Positions 28,734 through 37,987 of a stretch of DNA of 64,000 nt are shown piece after piece; position 1 is the stretch's first letter, and each line of letters opens with the position of its first letter. The notes beneath the pieces were generated by a model. That model had not been told where the DNA came from. It saw nothing but the letters and a program-made list of their open reading frames with translations, and ran no database searches. The DNA lies in NCBI GenBank assembly GCA_029560465.1, contig JAKQKX010000090.1:72189-136188 (forward strand), written 5' to 3'. This DNA is from Candidatus Omnitrophota bacterium. GTDB lineage: Bacteria > Omnitrophota > Gorgyraeia > Zapsychrales > JANLHA01. Position numbers and translations under genes: made by a program.

Positions 28734-29263
28734 TCCCCGCAATCTTCAGGACAATTGCACCGACTTTCAAAATTAGTACAAACCCCATCCCCGCAAGGGA
28801 TGCAAATCGGCAGGCTGTATATTGACCCCCGGCCTTCCATGTCACAGGTACCGTCCAGGAATTCAATTCCGCAGCGGCGGATCAGCCCTGGACAACATTC
28901 CACATCCTGCCCCTCGTAAGCCAGGTCCCCGCACTGGGCCTTCTCCCCCAGCATCTGGTAATGACACACTTTCTCGTTCGAACAGTTCACCATAACCGCG
29001 CAGTAATCTTGAGGGCAGGAGTCAGCGGAGATGTCCGGGCATTCCCGGGGCAGGCACAGGACTTGGTCTTTGCCCTCCGAATCTATAACCGTCTTTTCCC
29101 AACAGATTTCTTCCGGGCATTCCCCCGTTTCTCCGTACTGTTGGGCGCAAAGTTCCCGGAACGTCTTCTTCCCTGCCGCATGCGTCCCCGGGATCAGCAC
29201 AGCGGCGCAAGCAACCGAAACTCCCGTTATCATCAGCCATTTGGCCCTGCATGTCCTTATCAT
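28721..29263 (-). CDS. secreted cysteine-rich protein (26 Cys in 180 aa)
   Basis: The product has an N-terminal signal peptide, then Cys-dense modules. The C-terminal CGDGVCTNFESRCNCPEDCG resembles the CGDGxC...CPxDCG bacterial extracellular Cys-rich repeat. Confidence 0.55.
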   Translation of the reverse strand: MIRTCRAKWLMITGVSVACAAVLIPGTHAAGKKTFRELCAQQYGETGECPEEICWEKTVIDSEGKDQVLCLPRECPDISADSCPQDYCAVMVNCSNEKVCHYQMLGEKAQCGDLAYEGQDVECCPGLIRRCGIEFLDGTCDMEGRGSIYSLPICIPCGDGVCTNFESRCNCPEDCGEPLK

Positions 29264-29611
29264 TTTTCCTCCATCTTATATTTCTTATTGACAAATTTTC
29301 TGTGGCTCATCGGTTAAACGCCCCGCCTTTTTCCGGTATCCATCCGGACGATTTCCCGCCGCAGCGATCTTCCGTCCGATCAAACGCGTGACAGGAAAAA
29401 CTTCAATTTTATCCTGCACATTCCCGGCAACTCCATAATATCATAAAAATTAAGGTAATTTGCGCACATTTTTTGATTGTAAAAATTACCGCATTCCCGT
29501 TTCCGGCGTAATCAGCGCGGCTTCCCGCTCCGCGTTGGGAAGGACCTCCCGGGCATGATAAGCTTTAATAAACGGCCCCAGCCCTGCGGTAAAGATTCCC
29601 GCCGACAAATC

Positions 29612-30373
29612 TCACAGGAGCTCAACCGTGCCTGCCTCAACCCAGCCTGTCTTCTGGTCAGGCCTCTCAATCTTAAGCCATGGCCCTTCCCTCTTGAGGG
29701 CCTTCACCTTCTGTCCTTCCTTAACCGTAAAATGAACGGTGGCATCATGGCGGGGCTCGAAGCGCGCTTCCGTGGAAGACACGGCAAACCCCTCCCCCGC
29801 CCGGACATGCATTTTAACAATAACACCCGCCGCACATAACACGCTCAACGTCAAACAGGCGGTTATGACAAAGGATATTTTCTGCCGTGGCCAGGTGAAA
29901 AACAGTGCCGCTAAAAATAACCCGCCGGCCATAGTCATGAGGACAACCGTCAACACAACAAGTTCATTGACCGTATAATAATTCAGGGCGCCTTCCGCCG
30001 TCTTTTGTATCATGCTCTTGCGAGGCAAAGGAAAATTTTGTTCTTTTTGTGAAAGCGTCAGTTTATAATTTGACAGGACATCGGAATCACGGGGCAGGAG
30101 CTCCCGGGCGCGTTCATAATTCAGGATCGCTTTCCCAAGTTGCCCCTTTTTAAAATAAGCGTTGGCTAAATTATAATAGAGTGCGCCGCTGACCCGGCCC
30201 TGCTGAAGCAGGTGTTCATACTGAACGATGGCTTCGTCATACCGGCCTTCTTGATAAGCAAAGCCCGCCTTGATAAACGTCGCCCAGGCATCCTCTTTCG
30301 GCCTCTCCGCCGCCGCGGCCGGCCTGAAAAGAATCACTCCTGTTATGATAATAACGGCTACAAACTGTTTCAT
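29612..30373 (-). CDS. batE: BatE-like TPR + TM + SH3b protein
   Basis: The 253-aa product has a signal peptide, TPR repeats, two TM helices and a C-terminal SH3-like region (GWVEAGTVELL). It is the last gene of the Bat operon. Confidence 0.65.
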   Translation of the reverse strand: MKQFVAVIIITGVILFRPAAAAERPKEDAWATFIKAGFAYQEGRYDEAIVQYEHLLQQGRVSGALYYNLANAYFKKGQLGKAILNYERARELLPRDSDVLSNYKLTLSQKEQNFPLPRKSMIQKTAEGALNYYTVNELVVLTVVLMTMAGGLFLAALFFTWPRQKISFVITACLTLSVLCAAGVIVKMHVRAGEGFAVSSTEARFEPRHDATVHFTVKEGQKVKALKREGPWLKIERPDQKTGWVEAGTVELL

Positions 30374-32193
30374 TTTCCGTTCTTTTCTATAGATTCAATC
30401 ATCTCCGTGACTCTGGCAAAGCTCCCGGCCATCTGTTCCCTGCGCGGCTGAACCAAAGCGTACCGGACGCTCTCGCATTCCGCATAAAACGCCCGGACCT
30501 GTTCAAGGACCGTTTCCGCGGCCTTTTTCTCCTTCAGGACGTTAAGAACGACGTCCATCGACACCGCCCCTCCCGGGATATGAAATGTGTTGCTGAAATA
30601 ATTCTGCACGGTCTTAAACAACATATCGTAAAACTGCCGGCTGTCACCCTGCGCCATAAAACCCTGGGCCTCTTTGAGCCCCGCCCTCGCCACGCGGGGG
30701 GCGTGAAACCGCCGGGCAAAACGGGTATCCGTCGCCAGTTTCCGGTGAAAATGATAATAGCCATATAAACCGCTCCAGGTCAGGACAAGGACAACGGCCA
30801 GCACCCAGAAGCCTGGACGCTGAAAAAGAAACAAGCGGTCCCTGGGATAAAACGGGCCGGGCCGGTCTTTGATAAAAAGGATATCCTGGCCGAGGGTTTC
30901 CGGCTCAATCGAATATTGCCCCGGAACCGCGCCCAGCCCCACGATCTTAAGCTGCTCGCCCTCTTTAAGCTTGGAAATCGTTAGCGGAAACGGGCCGCGA
31001 GTGACCGTTTTGTACTGACGGCTTCCTGTGTCAAAATAAGAAAAACTCACCGCGGGAAACGCCTTGATATTTTCGGAAGTCGGCACCGCCACCTGCTCGA
31101 TGGACTTACTGTTCGCATTCTCCGTGGACTGGGGTTCGTAGAACTTAAAAGCGCCCTCCCCGCCCAGCGCCGGCATCTGAACCGCGTCAGGGTTCCCGGG
31201 CCCGGTCACCGTCATGCGCACGGTGAGCGGATCGCCCACCTTAAGTTCCGTCGGGGTGACAGTGGCGTCGAAATCATACGGGCCCACCGCCCCCGAAAAA
31301 TCTTTCGGCCGGCCCTCTTCCGGCAGCGGCAGGACCGGGATTCTCAAGTCCGCCGACTTGACCGAAATGGTCTGCTGATCGTAATCTTCAAACAACCCCC
31401 GGAAAAAACTGTCGTTGAGGAAACCGTCCACACGGCTGAACGGCGAGCGCGCCGCGGGGTTCTTAAACAGGATATCACAGACGATCTCGGCCGGCCCCAA
31501 GGTCAGGGCTCCTGGCCTCGTCGGGTAAACCTGGGCATAGAACGTGATGACGTCGTATTTCAGGCCGCCGAGGATTTCGGTCGACTGCTGAATGTCCTGC
31601 GAACTCTTCAGCGCGAACCCGACATGATCCATCTCCGGATAATGGACATTCCGGACCGACAAATTCTGGATATAAAGTTTCATCGTCACCGGGACCCGCT
31701 CATTGACGTAATATTCCCTCTGCGGCACGGACAAGGTTAAAAATATTTTATCCTGCAGGGAATCCTTGGGGCCGTTGAGACGGTTCTGCCCCGCCGCCGG
31801 GGACGCGGTGACTTCCAAATATATCGGTTCGGTGGAATATGTCTTCCCGTTGACAGCCACGTTCATCGCCGGGATCGTGTAACGGCCTTCGGAAAGCGGA
31901 TAAAGGTTATACTGAAAAGACCGGGAGGCGGAGTATTGGCCGTTGATCAACGTGATGCTGGTGGACGGGCCCAGATAGCGCGATTCCATCCCTTCAATCT
32001 TGGGCAACACCACGGGTTCTACTTTTTGCGCCCCCTGAACCGTGATTTTAAGCTGGCAAAACGATCCAAGCTCAAGGCTCCGGCGGTCCACTTCCGCGGT
32101 GACAGAAACATCATCCGCCGCAGCCGGCCTCCCTGCGCAGGACAACAGCGCGAGGCATATGAAAAACACTTGGCCAATTTTCTTGGAAATCAT
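30370..32193 (-). CDS. batD: BatD-like (oxygen-tolerance) protein
   Basis: The 607-aa product has a signal peptide, a large extracytoplasmic beta-rich domain and a C-terminal TM helix plus cytoplasmic tail. Its position between batC and batE supports the call. Confidence 0.65.
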   Translation of the reverse strand: MISKKIGQVFFICLALLSCAGRPAAADDVSVTAEVDRRSLELGSFCQLKITVQGAQKVEPVVLPKIEGMESRYLGPSTSITLINGQYSASRSFQYNLYPLSEGRYTIPAMNVAVNGKTYSTEPIYLEVTASPAAGQNRLNGPKDSLQDKIFLTLSVPQREYYVNERVPVTMKLYIQNLSVRNVHYPEMDHVGFALKSSQDIQQSTEILGGLKYDVITFYAQVYPTRPGALTLGPAEIVCDILFKNPAARSPFSRVDGFLNDSFFRGLFEDYDQQTISVKSADLRIPVLPLPEEGRPKDFSGAVGPYDFDATVTPTELKVGDPLTVRMTVTGPGNPDAVQMPALGGEGAFKFYEPQSTENANSKSIEQVAVPTSENIKAFPAVSFSYFDTGSRQYKTVTRGPFPLTISKLKEGEQLKIVGLGAVPGQYSIEPETLGQDILFIKDRPGPFYPRDRLFLFQRPGFWVLAVVLVLTWSGLYGYYHFHRKLATDTRFARRFHAPRVARAGLKEAQGFMAQGDSRQFYDMLFKTVQNYFSNTFHIPGGAVSMDVVLNVLKEKKAAETVLEQVRAFYAECESVRYALVQPRREQMAGSFARVTEMIESIEKNGK

Positions 32194-32199
32194 ACAGGA

Positions 32200-33171
32200 T
32201 TACCAATCTTTCTCCACCGGCGCTTCCGCATTGGGCGGAAGGACGGCATTAAAAAACATTTGCGGCTCTTCATTGCTTTGATATCTGTTTAAAAGCATGC
32301 GGGCTTCTTCCGGAGTAAAATACGTGTATTGCTTTTTAGCCTGCGCTTTCCCCTGGCCCGTTTGTGGCGGGGACGCCGAGGCGTCGTCTCCAGAATCCCC
32401 CCCGGAGCCGTCATTTTGCTGCTGCTCTTGCCCCTCCGCCTCGGGAGGGCGTTCTTCCCCCTCCCCGTCACGCTGTCCCCGGCTCCCATCATTCTCTTGC
32501 GAGCCGTTTTGCGGCTGATCGTCCGCTTCCCTGGAGGAGGGGTCCTTGTCTTGAGCGTCCCCGCGGCCGTCCTGATCCTGACTTTTAGAACTCTGGTCTT
32601 GCCCTTCCTGACCGCCCTTTTTCTGCGATTCGCTCTCCTGCTTTTCCTGCTCTTTCTTCAGCCGCTCGAGTTCTTGGCGCGCAATTTCATAATTATAATG
32701 AGCGTCCTCGTCTTTGTCATCTATTTTAAAAGCGTTTTCATAAAAAGTCATTGCCTCTTCCAGGGAAGAAATCGCCTTCTTAAGGTCGGACGGTTCCTGC
32801 TGAAGCCCCAATCGGAAAGACGCGTTCCCCAAATTATAATAAGCCTTCTGGCGAAGGGCGTCCTTTTCCGCAAGCAGGGCTTTCTGCAGATGAATCCGCG
32901 CCTGGTCATAATGATTCGTCTTGTATTGCGCCGTCCCAAGGTTATAATTCATCAACGAAGATTCCGGGTCCCGGCTCAGCGCCTCCTGATACCGCGCGGC
33001 GGCGTCCTCATACTGGCCGTCTTGGTAAAGCGCGTGCCCCAAACGCGTGCTCTTTTGGGGCGACCGGGCCAGGGCACACGGCGACACCGCCATGTTAATC
33101 CCGGCGGCCAGAAGCAGCCATCCGAGGGTCTTCATCCTCGTCCCCGCCCACTCACGCGTCCAATCGGCCAT
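32200..33171 (-). CDS. batC: BatC-like TPR protein with a long acidic, low-complexity C-terminal tail
   Basis: The product has a signal peptide and TPR units. The tail is rich in Q/E/D/G/S (QEKQESESQKKGGQEGQDQSSKSQDQDGRGD...). Confidence 0.6.
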   Translation of the reverse strand: MADWTREWAGTRMKTLGWLLLAAGINMAVSPCALARSPQKSTRLGHALYQDGQYEDAAARYQEALSRDPESSLMNYNLGTAQYKTNHYDQARIHLQKALLAEKDALRQKAYYNLGNASFRLGLQQEPSDLKKAISSLEEAMTFYENAFKIDDKDEDAHYNYEIARQELERLKKEQEKQESESQKKGGQEGQDQSSKSQDQDGRGDAQDKDPSSREADDQPQNGSQENDGSRGQRDGEGEERPPEAEGQEQQQNDGSGGDSGDDASASPPQTGQGKAQAKKQYTYFTPEEARMLLNRYQSNEEPQMFFNAVLPPNAEAPVEKDW

Positions 33172-34174
33172 TGCGGTCCTCTCTCCTTAAAGGCAGAAAA
33201 AATTCCCATAACAAAAAAAACAGCGCGGCTCCGAGAGGGAGCTGAAAACGCTCAAAATAATTTTTCGCCATCGTGGTTTCCAATTCCCGCTTCTCCAAAC
33301 GAGCCAGCTGTTTTTCATAAATCACGTCCAGCCCGAATTCCGCCCCGCTGGCCCGCACATAGACACCGCCGGTCTCAAGCGCGATCCTCTGAAGCAGCTC
33401 CTCATTCAGGCGGGATTTGACAATATTGCCCTGCCCATCCTTGAGGTAACTCGGCTGGCCGAAAATATCGGCGTCTTTGATCAATTCCCCGGATTGTGTC
33501 CCGATCCCGACACAATAAATTTTAACCCCCTTGTCCTTGGCTTCCTTAACAGCCACAAACGGGTCTTCTTCCAGGTTTTCCCCGTCCGTTATGATAATCA
33601 CCGCCTTGTACCGGCTGGGAGTATTGTCGTATTCCCTCAACGCTTCCTGCAGGGCCCGCGCGATATTGGTCCCGCCCCGGGGAATGGTCTTTTTGTCCAA
33701 ATGATCCAGGCTTAACAAAAACCCTCCGTAATCGACGGTCAGCGGGCAGATCAAAAACGCGTCGCCGGAAAAGGCGATTAACCCGACGCGGTCACCCTTC
33801 AACTGCCGCAGGAAATCCCGGACCGCCAGCTTCGCCCGCTCAAGCCGGTTTGGCTTCACATCATCAGCGAGCATGCTGCGGGATGTGTCGATCACCAGCA
33901 GGATATCCAGCCCCTGCCGTTTGATTTCCCGCATTTCATAACCCCACTGCGGCCGGGCTAACGCCACCAGGCTGAATGCAAAAACAGCCAGGAGCAGACC
34001 GTGCTTAAACACGTGCCGTCCCGGGACCAGCGTGGCCGCGAGATCCAGGAATAACTTCTGTTCAGCGAAGCGATCATAACACTTCTGCCGGCGGCGCCGG
34101 GCCAGGCTCAAGAAAGCGGCCAAGAGCACCAGCCCCCAGAGGCCATAAAAAAATTCAGGGAAGACAAAACGCAT
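33152..34174 (-). CDS. batB: BatB-like vWA domain protein
   Basis: The 340-aa product has an N-terminal TM and a vWA domain with the MIDAS motif DTSRSM. A C-terminal TM follows. Confidence 0.75.
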   Translation of the reverse strand: MRFVFPEFFYGLWGLVLLAAFLSLARRRRQKCYDRFAEQKLFLDLAATLVPGRHVFKHGLLLAVFAFSLVALARPQWGYEMREIKRQGLDILLVIDTSRSMLADDVKPNRLERAKLAVRDFLRQLKGDRVGLIAFSGDAFLICPLTVDYGGFLLSLDHLDKKTIPRGGTNIARALQEALREYDNTPSRYKAVIIITDGENLEEDPFVAVKEAKDKGVKIYCVGIGTQSGELIKDADIFGQPSYLKDGQGNIVKSRLNEELLQRIALETGGVYVRASGAEFGLDVIYEKQLARLEKRELETTMAKNYFERFQLPLGAALFFLLWEFFLPLRREDRNGRLDA

Positions 34175-35170
34175 TTAAGGAATCCTCAGCCAGACCGTAT
34201 GGAATAATAACAACTCGACCCCAAGCAACACCAAGGCCGCCGCCAGGGCATAGGGAAAAAGTTCTTTATAGTCCCGGTAACCCGTTTCTTCAAACGGCGT
34301 CTTTTCCATTTGATCAATTTCTTTGTAAATCTGCCGCAGGGACGCCGTGTCCGTGGCCCGGAAATACTGTCCCCCCGAGACACGGGCCATCTCCCGCAAA
34401 GTGTCCTCATCCACATCCGTGATGACCTGCTGATACCGGGTCCGGCCAAACACATCCTCCACGGGATACGGGGCGTAACCTTTCGTGCCCGCGCCGATCG
34501 TATAAATTCTGACCCCGTACGCCGCAGAAGCGTGAGCCGCCTCCAGCGGGTCAACGGTCCCGGCATTATTGACTCCGTCAGTCAAAAGGATAATGACCTT
34601 ACTTTTAGCGTCACTCTCCCGCAGGCGGATCAGCGCCGTGCTGGTTGCGGATCCGATCGCCGTGCCATCTTTAATCAAGTCAAACTCGATCCGCTTCAGG
34701 TTCTCTTTCAGCCAGACATAATCCTTGGTCAGCGGGCAGACCGTGTAAGCCAGGCCGGAAAAAACCACGAGCCCGATCCGGTCGTGCTGGCGGCCGTCAA
34801 CAAATTCCTCCACCACCTTCTTACTGATCTCCAGCCGGTTGTACCGTTTCCCCAGGAACGAAAAATCCTCGGCAGCCATGCTGCGGGAAGCGTCCAGCGC
34901 CAGCATAATATCAATGCCTTCAAAATGGTACTTCGTCTCTTCCCGCACAGCGCGCGGCCCGGCCAGCGCCACGATGAACAGCCCCACCGTCAAGACCCGA
35001 AGGATAAACAGGACCCCCATAAACCGGGTCTTCCAGCTGCGGGGCAGCGGGAGCAGCAGGTGCCGGGACGGAAAACGCACCGAAGGCGGCCTGGCGTTCC
35101 GGTTCCGCCAGATCATAAACGGCACAACCACCGGAATGAGGATCAAAATCCACGGCGTTTTAAAAATCAT
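34175..35170 (-). CDS. batA: BatA-like vWA domain protein
   Basis: The 331-aa product has an N-terminal TM, a vWA domain with MIDAS motif DASRSM and a C-terminal TM. The batB start follows immediately. Confidence 0.75.
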   Translation of the reverse strand: MIFKTPWILILIPVVVPFMIWRNRNARPPSVRFPSRHLLLPLPRSWKTRFMGVLFILRVLTVGLFIVALAGPRAVREETKYHFEGIDIMLALDASRSMAAEDFSFLGKRYNRLEISKKVVEEFVDGRQHDRIGLVVFSGLAYTVCPLTKDYVWLKENLKRIEFDLIKDGTAIGSATSTALIRLRESDAKSKVIILLTDGVNNAGTVDPLEAAHASAAYGVRIYTIGAGTKGYAPYPVEDVFGRTRYQQVITDVDEDTLREMARVSGGQYFRATDTASLRQIYKEIDQMEKTPFEETGYRDYKELFPYALAAALVLLGVELLLFHTVWLRIP

Positions 35171-35239
35171 AATTCTTCCTGATGGTCAATTCTTCCCCAA
35201 TGTTTAAACAAAACCATGTTGTTCATAAACCCGATATAT

Positions 35240-35797
35240 TTATGTCTGCGGCTGCGTGTCCGCAACCAGCTGCCAAACCAGATTCCAACCGCGCTCCATT
35301 TCATGGAGCGACGATGAAAACCTGGCGAACTTCACCATATCGCAACAGGTAAGGAACTCCTGCAAAGACAATTTATGTTGAGCGTTGAGCGCGGGCGCCG
35401 CCTTAAGGTGAGACAAAAATTCCTCGGTGGTCATCTCCGGGGCCCGGATTTGGAAACGCCCTTCCATATACCGGCGGAGGATGTCGGATAATTCCGTATA
35501 AAAACTTTTCACATCCTCCCCGCCGGACAAGCCCGTGTCCTTCAAAGCTCTCAAGCGTTGGAACGCCGTTTCCCAGGGCGGGGAAGCCGGGGGCGGCGGG
35601 GTAACACATCGCGGGGACAACCTGTTGCGCAACACCCACGCCGCCAGTCCTCCCAGAAAAATCAGGAGCACCAACACCGCCCAAATCCCGTTATGCCCAG
35701 GCAAAAGGACCGGCGGCTTAACGTCGCGGATATCGTCAGCCCAGGCCATCGCCGGCACGAAAAAGCCCGAAATCAAAAATAAAAGAAATTCCTGCAT
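35240..35797 (-). CDS. DUF4381-like membrane protein of the Bat/MoxR operon
   Basis: The 185-aa product has a signal/TM segment, a Pro-rich linker and a C-terminal helical domain. Its position between the DUF58 gene and batA matches the canonical operon. Confidence 0.5.
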   Translation of the reverse strand: MQEFLLFLISGFFVPAMAWADDIRDVKPPVLLPGHNGIWAVLVLLIFLGGLAAWVLRNRLSPRCVTPPPPASPPWETAFQRLRALKDTGLSGGEDVKSFYTELSDILRRYMEGRFQIRAPEMTTEEFLSHLKAAPALNAQHKLSLQEFLTCCDMVKFARFSSSLHEMERGWNLVWQLVADTQPQT

Positions 35798-35804
35798 GCC
35801 AACC

Positions 35805-36719
35805 TCACTTCAAGCGCCTGCGCCGCTTTGAAAAAAATTTCACCAACTCCTTGGCGTAAGGGACCCCGGTGGAAACCGGGACATGATCAATCCCGACCGA
35901 GCGGAACAGCTTCTCCCTGGCCCTCCATCTCCGGTCAGCCAGCCCGCGGTATTGGGCTCTAACACCCGCGTTCGTCGTATCCACAATCGCCCGTTCCCCT
36001 GTTTCCGCGTCTTCAAGGGTCAGAAGCCCGCAGTCCGGGAGTTCCGCCTCCCGGCGGTCATTCAGGGTTATGGCAATAACGTCATGCTTTTTATTGGCAA
36101 TGGCGAGCGCCTTTCTAAGGCGGGAGTCGGCTGGGATTTCTTCCCCGGACAGGCATTCCCGGTCCATGAAATCCGAAATCAAAAAGGCCACGCTGCGGCG
36201 GTTCGTCACCTTGCTCAAATATTCCAGCGCCCAGGCGATATCGGTTTTCGCGCTTTGCGGGCGGAAATACAGCACCTCACGGATGACTTTCAGGACGCTT
36301 TTAACCCCTTTCCGGGGAGGCATGAATTTCTCAATCTGGTCCGTGAAAATAATAAGGCCGACTTTATCTTTGTTGCGGATGGCTGAAAACGCCAACACCG
36401 CTGCGATTTCCGCCGCCAGTTTGGCCTTCAGCGCGTTCTCGGAGGCGAAACGGCAGGACAGGGACACGTCCACGCAAATCATGACGGTTAACTCCCGCTC
36501 CTCGACGAACTTTTTGACATGCGCCTTCCCCGTGCGGGCCGTGACGTTCCAATCAATTGTCCGGATGTCGTCCCCCAGCTGATACTCCCGGACTTCATCA
36601 AACTCAATGCCCTGCCCCTTGAACACACTATGGTATTGCCCGGCGAAGATATCATTCACAAGCCGGGACGACGTGATCTGAATACGCCGGACCTTTTGCA
36701 ACAATTCCTTGGGGATCAT
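35805..36719 (-). CDS. DUF58 (vWA-like) protein, MoxR partner
   Basis: The 304-aa product sits directly downstream of the MoxR ATPase. It has a DUF58-typical conserved core (VREYQLGDDIRTIDW). Confidence 0.75.
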   Translation of the reverse strand: MIPKELLQKVRRIQITSSRLVNDIFAGQYHSVFKGQGIEFDEVREYQLGDDIRTIDWNVTARTGKAHVKKFVEERELTVMICVDVSLSCRFASENALKAKLAAEIAAVLAFSAIRNKDKVGLIIFTDQIEKFMPPRKGVKSVLKVIREVLYFRPQSAKTDIAWALEYLSKVTNRRSVAFLISDFMDRECLSGEEIPADSRLRKALAIANKKHDVIAITLNDRREAELPDCGLLTLEDAETGERAIVDTTNAGVRAQYRGLADRRWRAREKLFRSVGIDHVPVSTGVPYAKELVKFFSKRRRRLK

Positions 36720-36730
36720 GGCCGCTCCCT

Positions 36731-37744
36731 TTAAGGCACTTCAATTTCATCAAATATTTTCTTAATAATGTCTTCGGAAGTCTGCTCTTCGGCTTCGGCT
36801 TCATAGCTGATGATCACGCGATGGCGCAGGACATCCATTCCGATCGTCTTGATATCCTGGGGGGTCACGTAACCCCGCCCCAGCAGAAACGCGTATGCCT
36901 TGGACGCCAAAGCCAGGTTGATGGTCGCGCGCGGAGACGCGCCATATTGGATCAGCCCTTTTAATTCCGGCATATCATACGCTTCGGGGTTGCGGGTGGC
37001 GTCAATAAGGTTAACGATATACTGCTCAATTTTTTCATCCATGTAAATCTCATCGACAACGGATCTGGCCCTGATAATGTCCGCCGGGGTCACAACCTGC
37101 TGGACATGAAACTGCGGATTGGTAAAAGACATCCTCTTGAGGATTTTGAGCTCCTCGCTTTTGTAAGGATATCCGATTCTGACTTTCAGCATGAACCGGT
37201 CGACTTGGGCTTCCGGCAGAGGATAGGTGCCCTCTTGTTCGATGGGATTCTGGGTCGCCAGGACCAAAAACGGATCTTGGAGTTTCAGGGTTTCTTCCCC
37301 GATCGTGATCTGGCGTTCCTGCATAGCCTCCAGAAGGGCGCTCTGGACCTTGGCCGGCGCCCGGTTAATTTCGTCAGCCAGGATAATATTAGCGAACAGC
37401 GGCCCTTTTTTAATGGAAAAATCTCCCGTGCGCTGGTCATAAATAAGCGTGCCGGTCAGGTCCGCGGGCAGCATATCAGGCGTAAACTGCAGCCGCTGGA
37501 ATTTTGTTTGAATCGTTTCCGAAAGGGTCTTCACGGCAGTGGTTTTAGCCAAACCGGGCACCCCTTCAATCAGGATATGCCCGTTGGCGAGCAACCCGAC
37601 AAGCAGCCTCTCCAAGAGATCCCGCTGCCCGATGATCACCTTCCCCACCTCCATCAGGATCGCTTCCACGAAACTGCTTTCTTGCTTCACCTTTTCATTG
37701 ATTGCGGCAATGTTATGATCCGTCATAACCTGGCCTCCTCTCAC
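36731..37744 (-). CDS. moxR: MoxR-family AAA+ ATPase
   Basis: The 337-aa product has a Walker A motif GVPGLAKT and a Walker B motif IILADEINRA. The C-terminal AAA lid is typical of MoxR. Confidence 0.85.
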   Translation of the reverse strand: MRGGQVMTDHNIAAINEKVKQESSFVEAILMEVGKVIIGQRDLLERLLVGLLANGHILIEGVPGLAKTTAVKTLSETIQTKFQRLQFTPDMLPADLTGTLIYDQRTGDFSIKKGPLFANIILADEINRAPAKVQSALLEAMQERQITIGEETLKLQDPFLVLATQNPIEQEGTYPLPEAQVDRFMLKVRIGYPYKSEELKILKRMSFTNPQFHVQQVVTPADIIRARSVVDEIYMDEKIEQYIVNLIDATRNPEAYDMPELKGLIQYGASPRATINLALASKAYAFLLGRGYVTPQDIKTIGMDVLRHRVIISYEAEAEEQTSEDIIKKIFDEIEVP

Positions 37745-37987
37745 TGATTAAAAAATATGGATACGCTGCTGATCTAAACAGATGGAACCCCCGAGAAGGG
37801 AGTTAAAAACCACGGCCCGTTTTAGGCTGCCCCGCCCGGCCTTAAAGGCCGCGGCTGTCTGGGCGGCGGGGCAGGAATTTCGGCAGGATATTATTTTAAT
37901 AATTCCAACTTTTATTGTCAAGGGGATGCCCAGAAAAACCGCCAATCCTCTCCGGGATATCTCATGCGCCTTGCCCCGGGATGTCCT

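Noticed and set aside
32329-33420. 363-aa plus-strand ORF
   Set aside because: It lies antisense to batC and batB. It is open only because of the GA-rich low-complexity DNA.
34310-35182. 290-aa plus-strand ORF
   Set aside because: It is antisense to batA, a vWA protein with a clear MIDAS motif on the minus strand. Its translation is R/P/H-rich.
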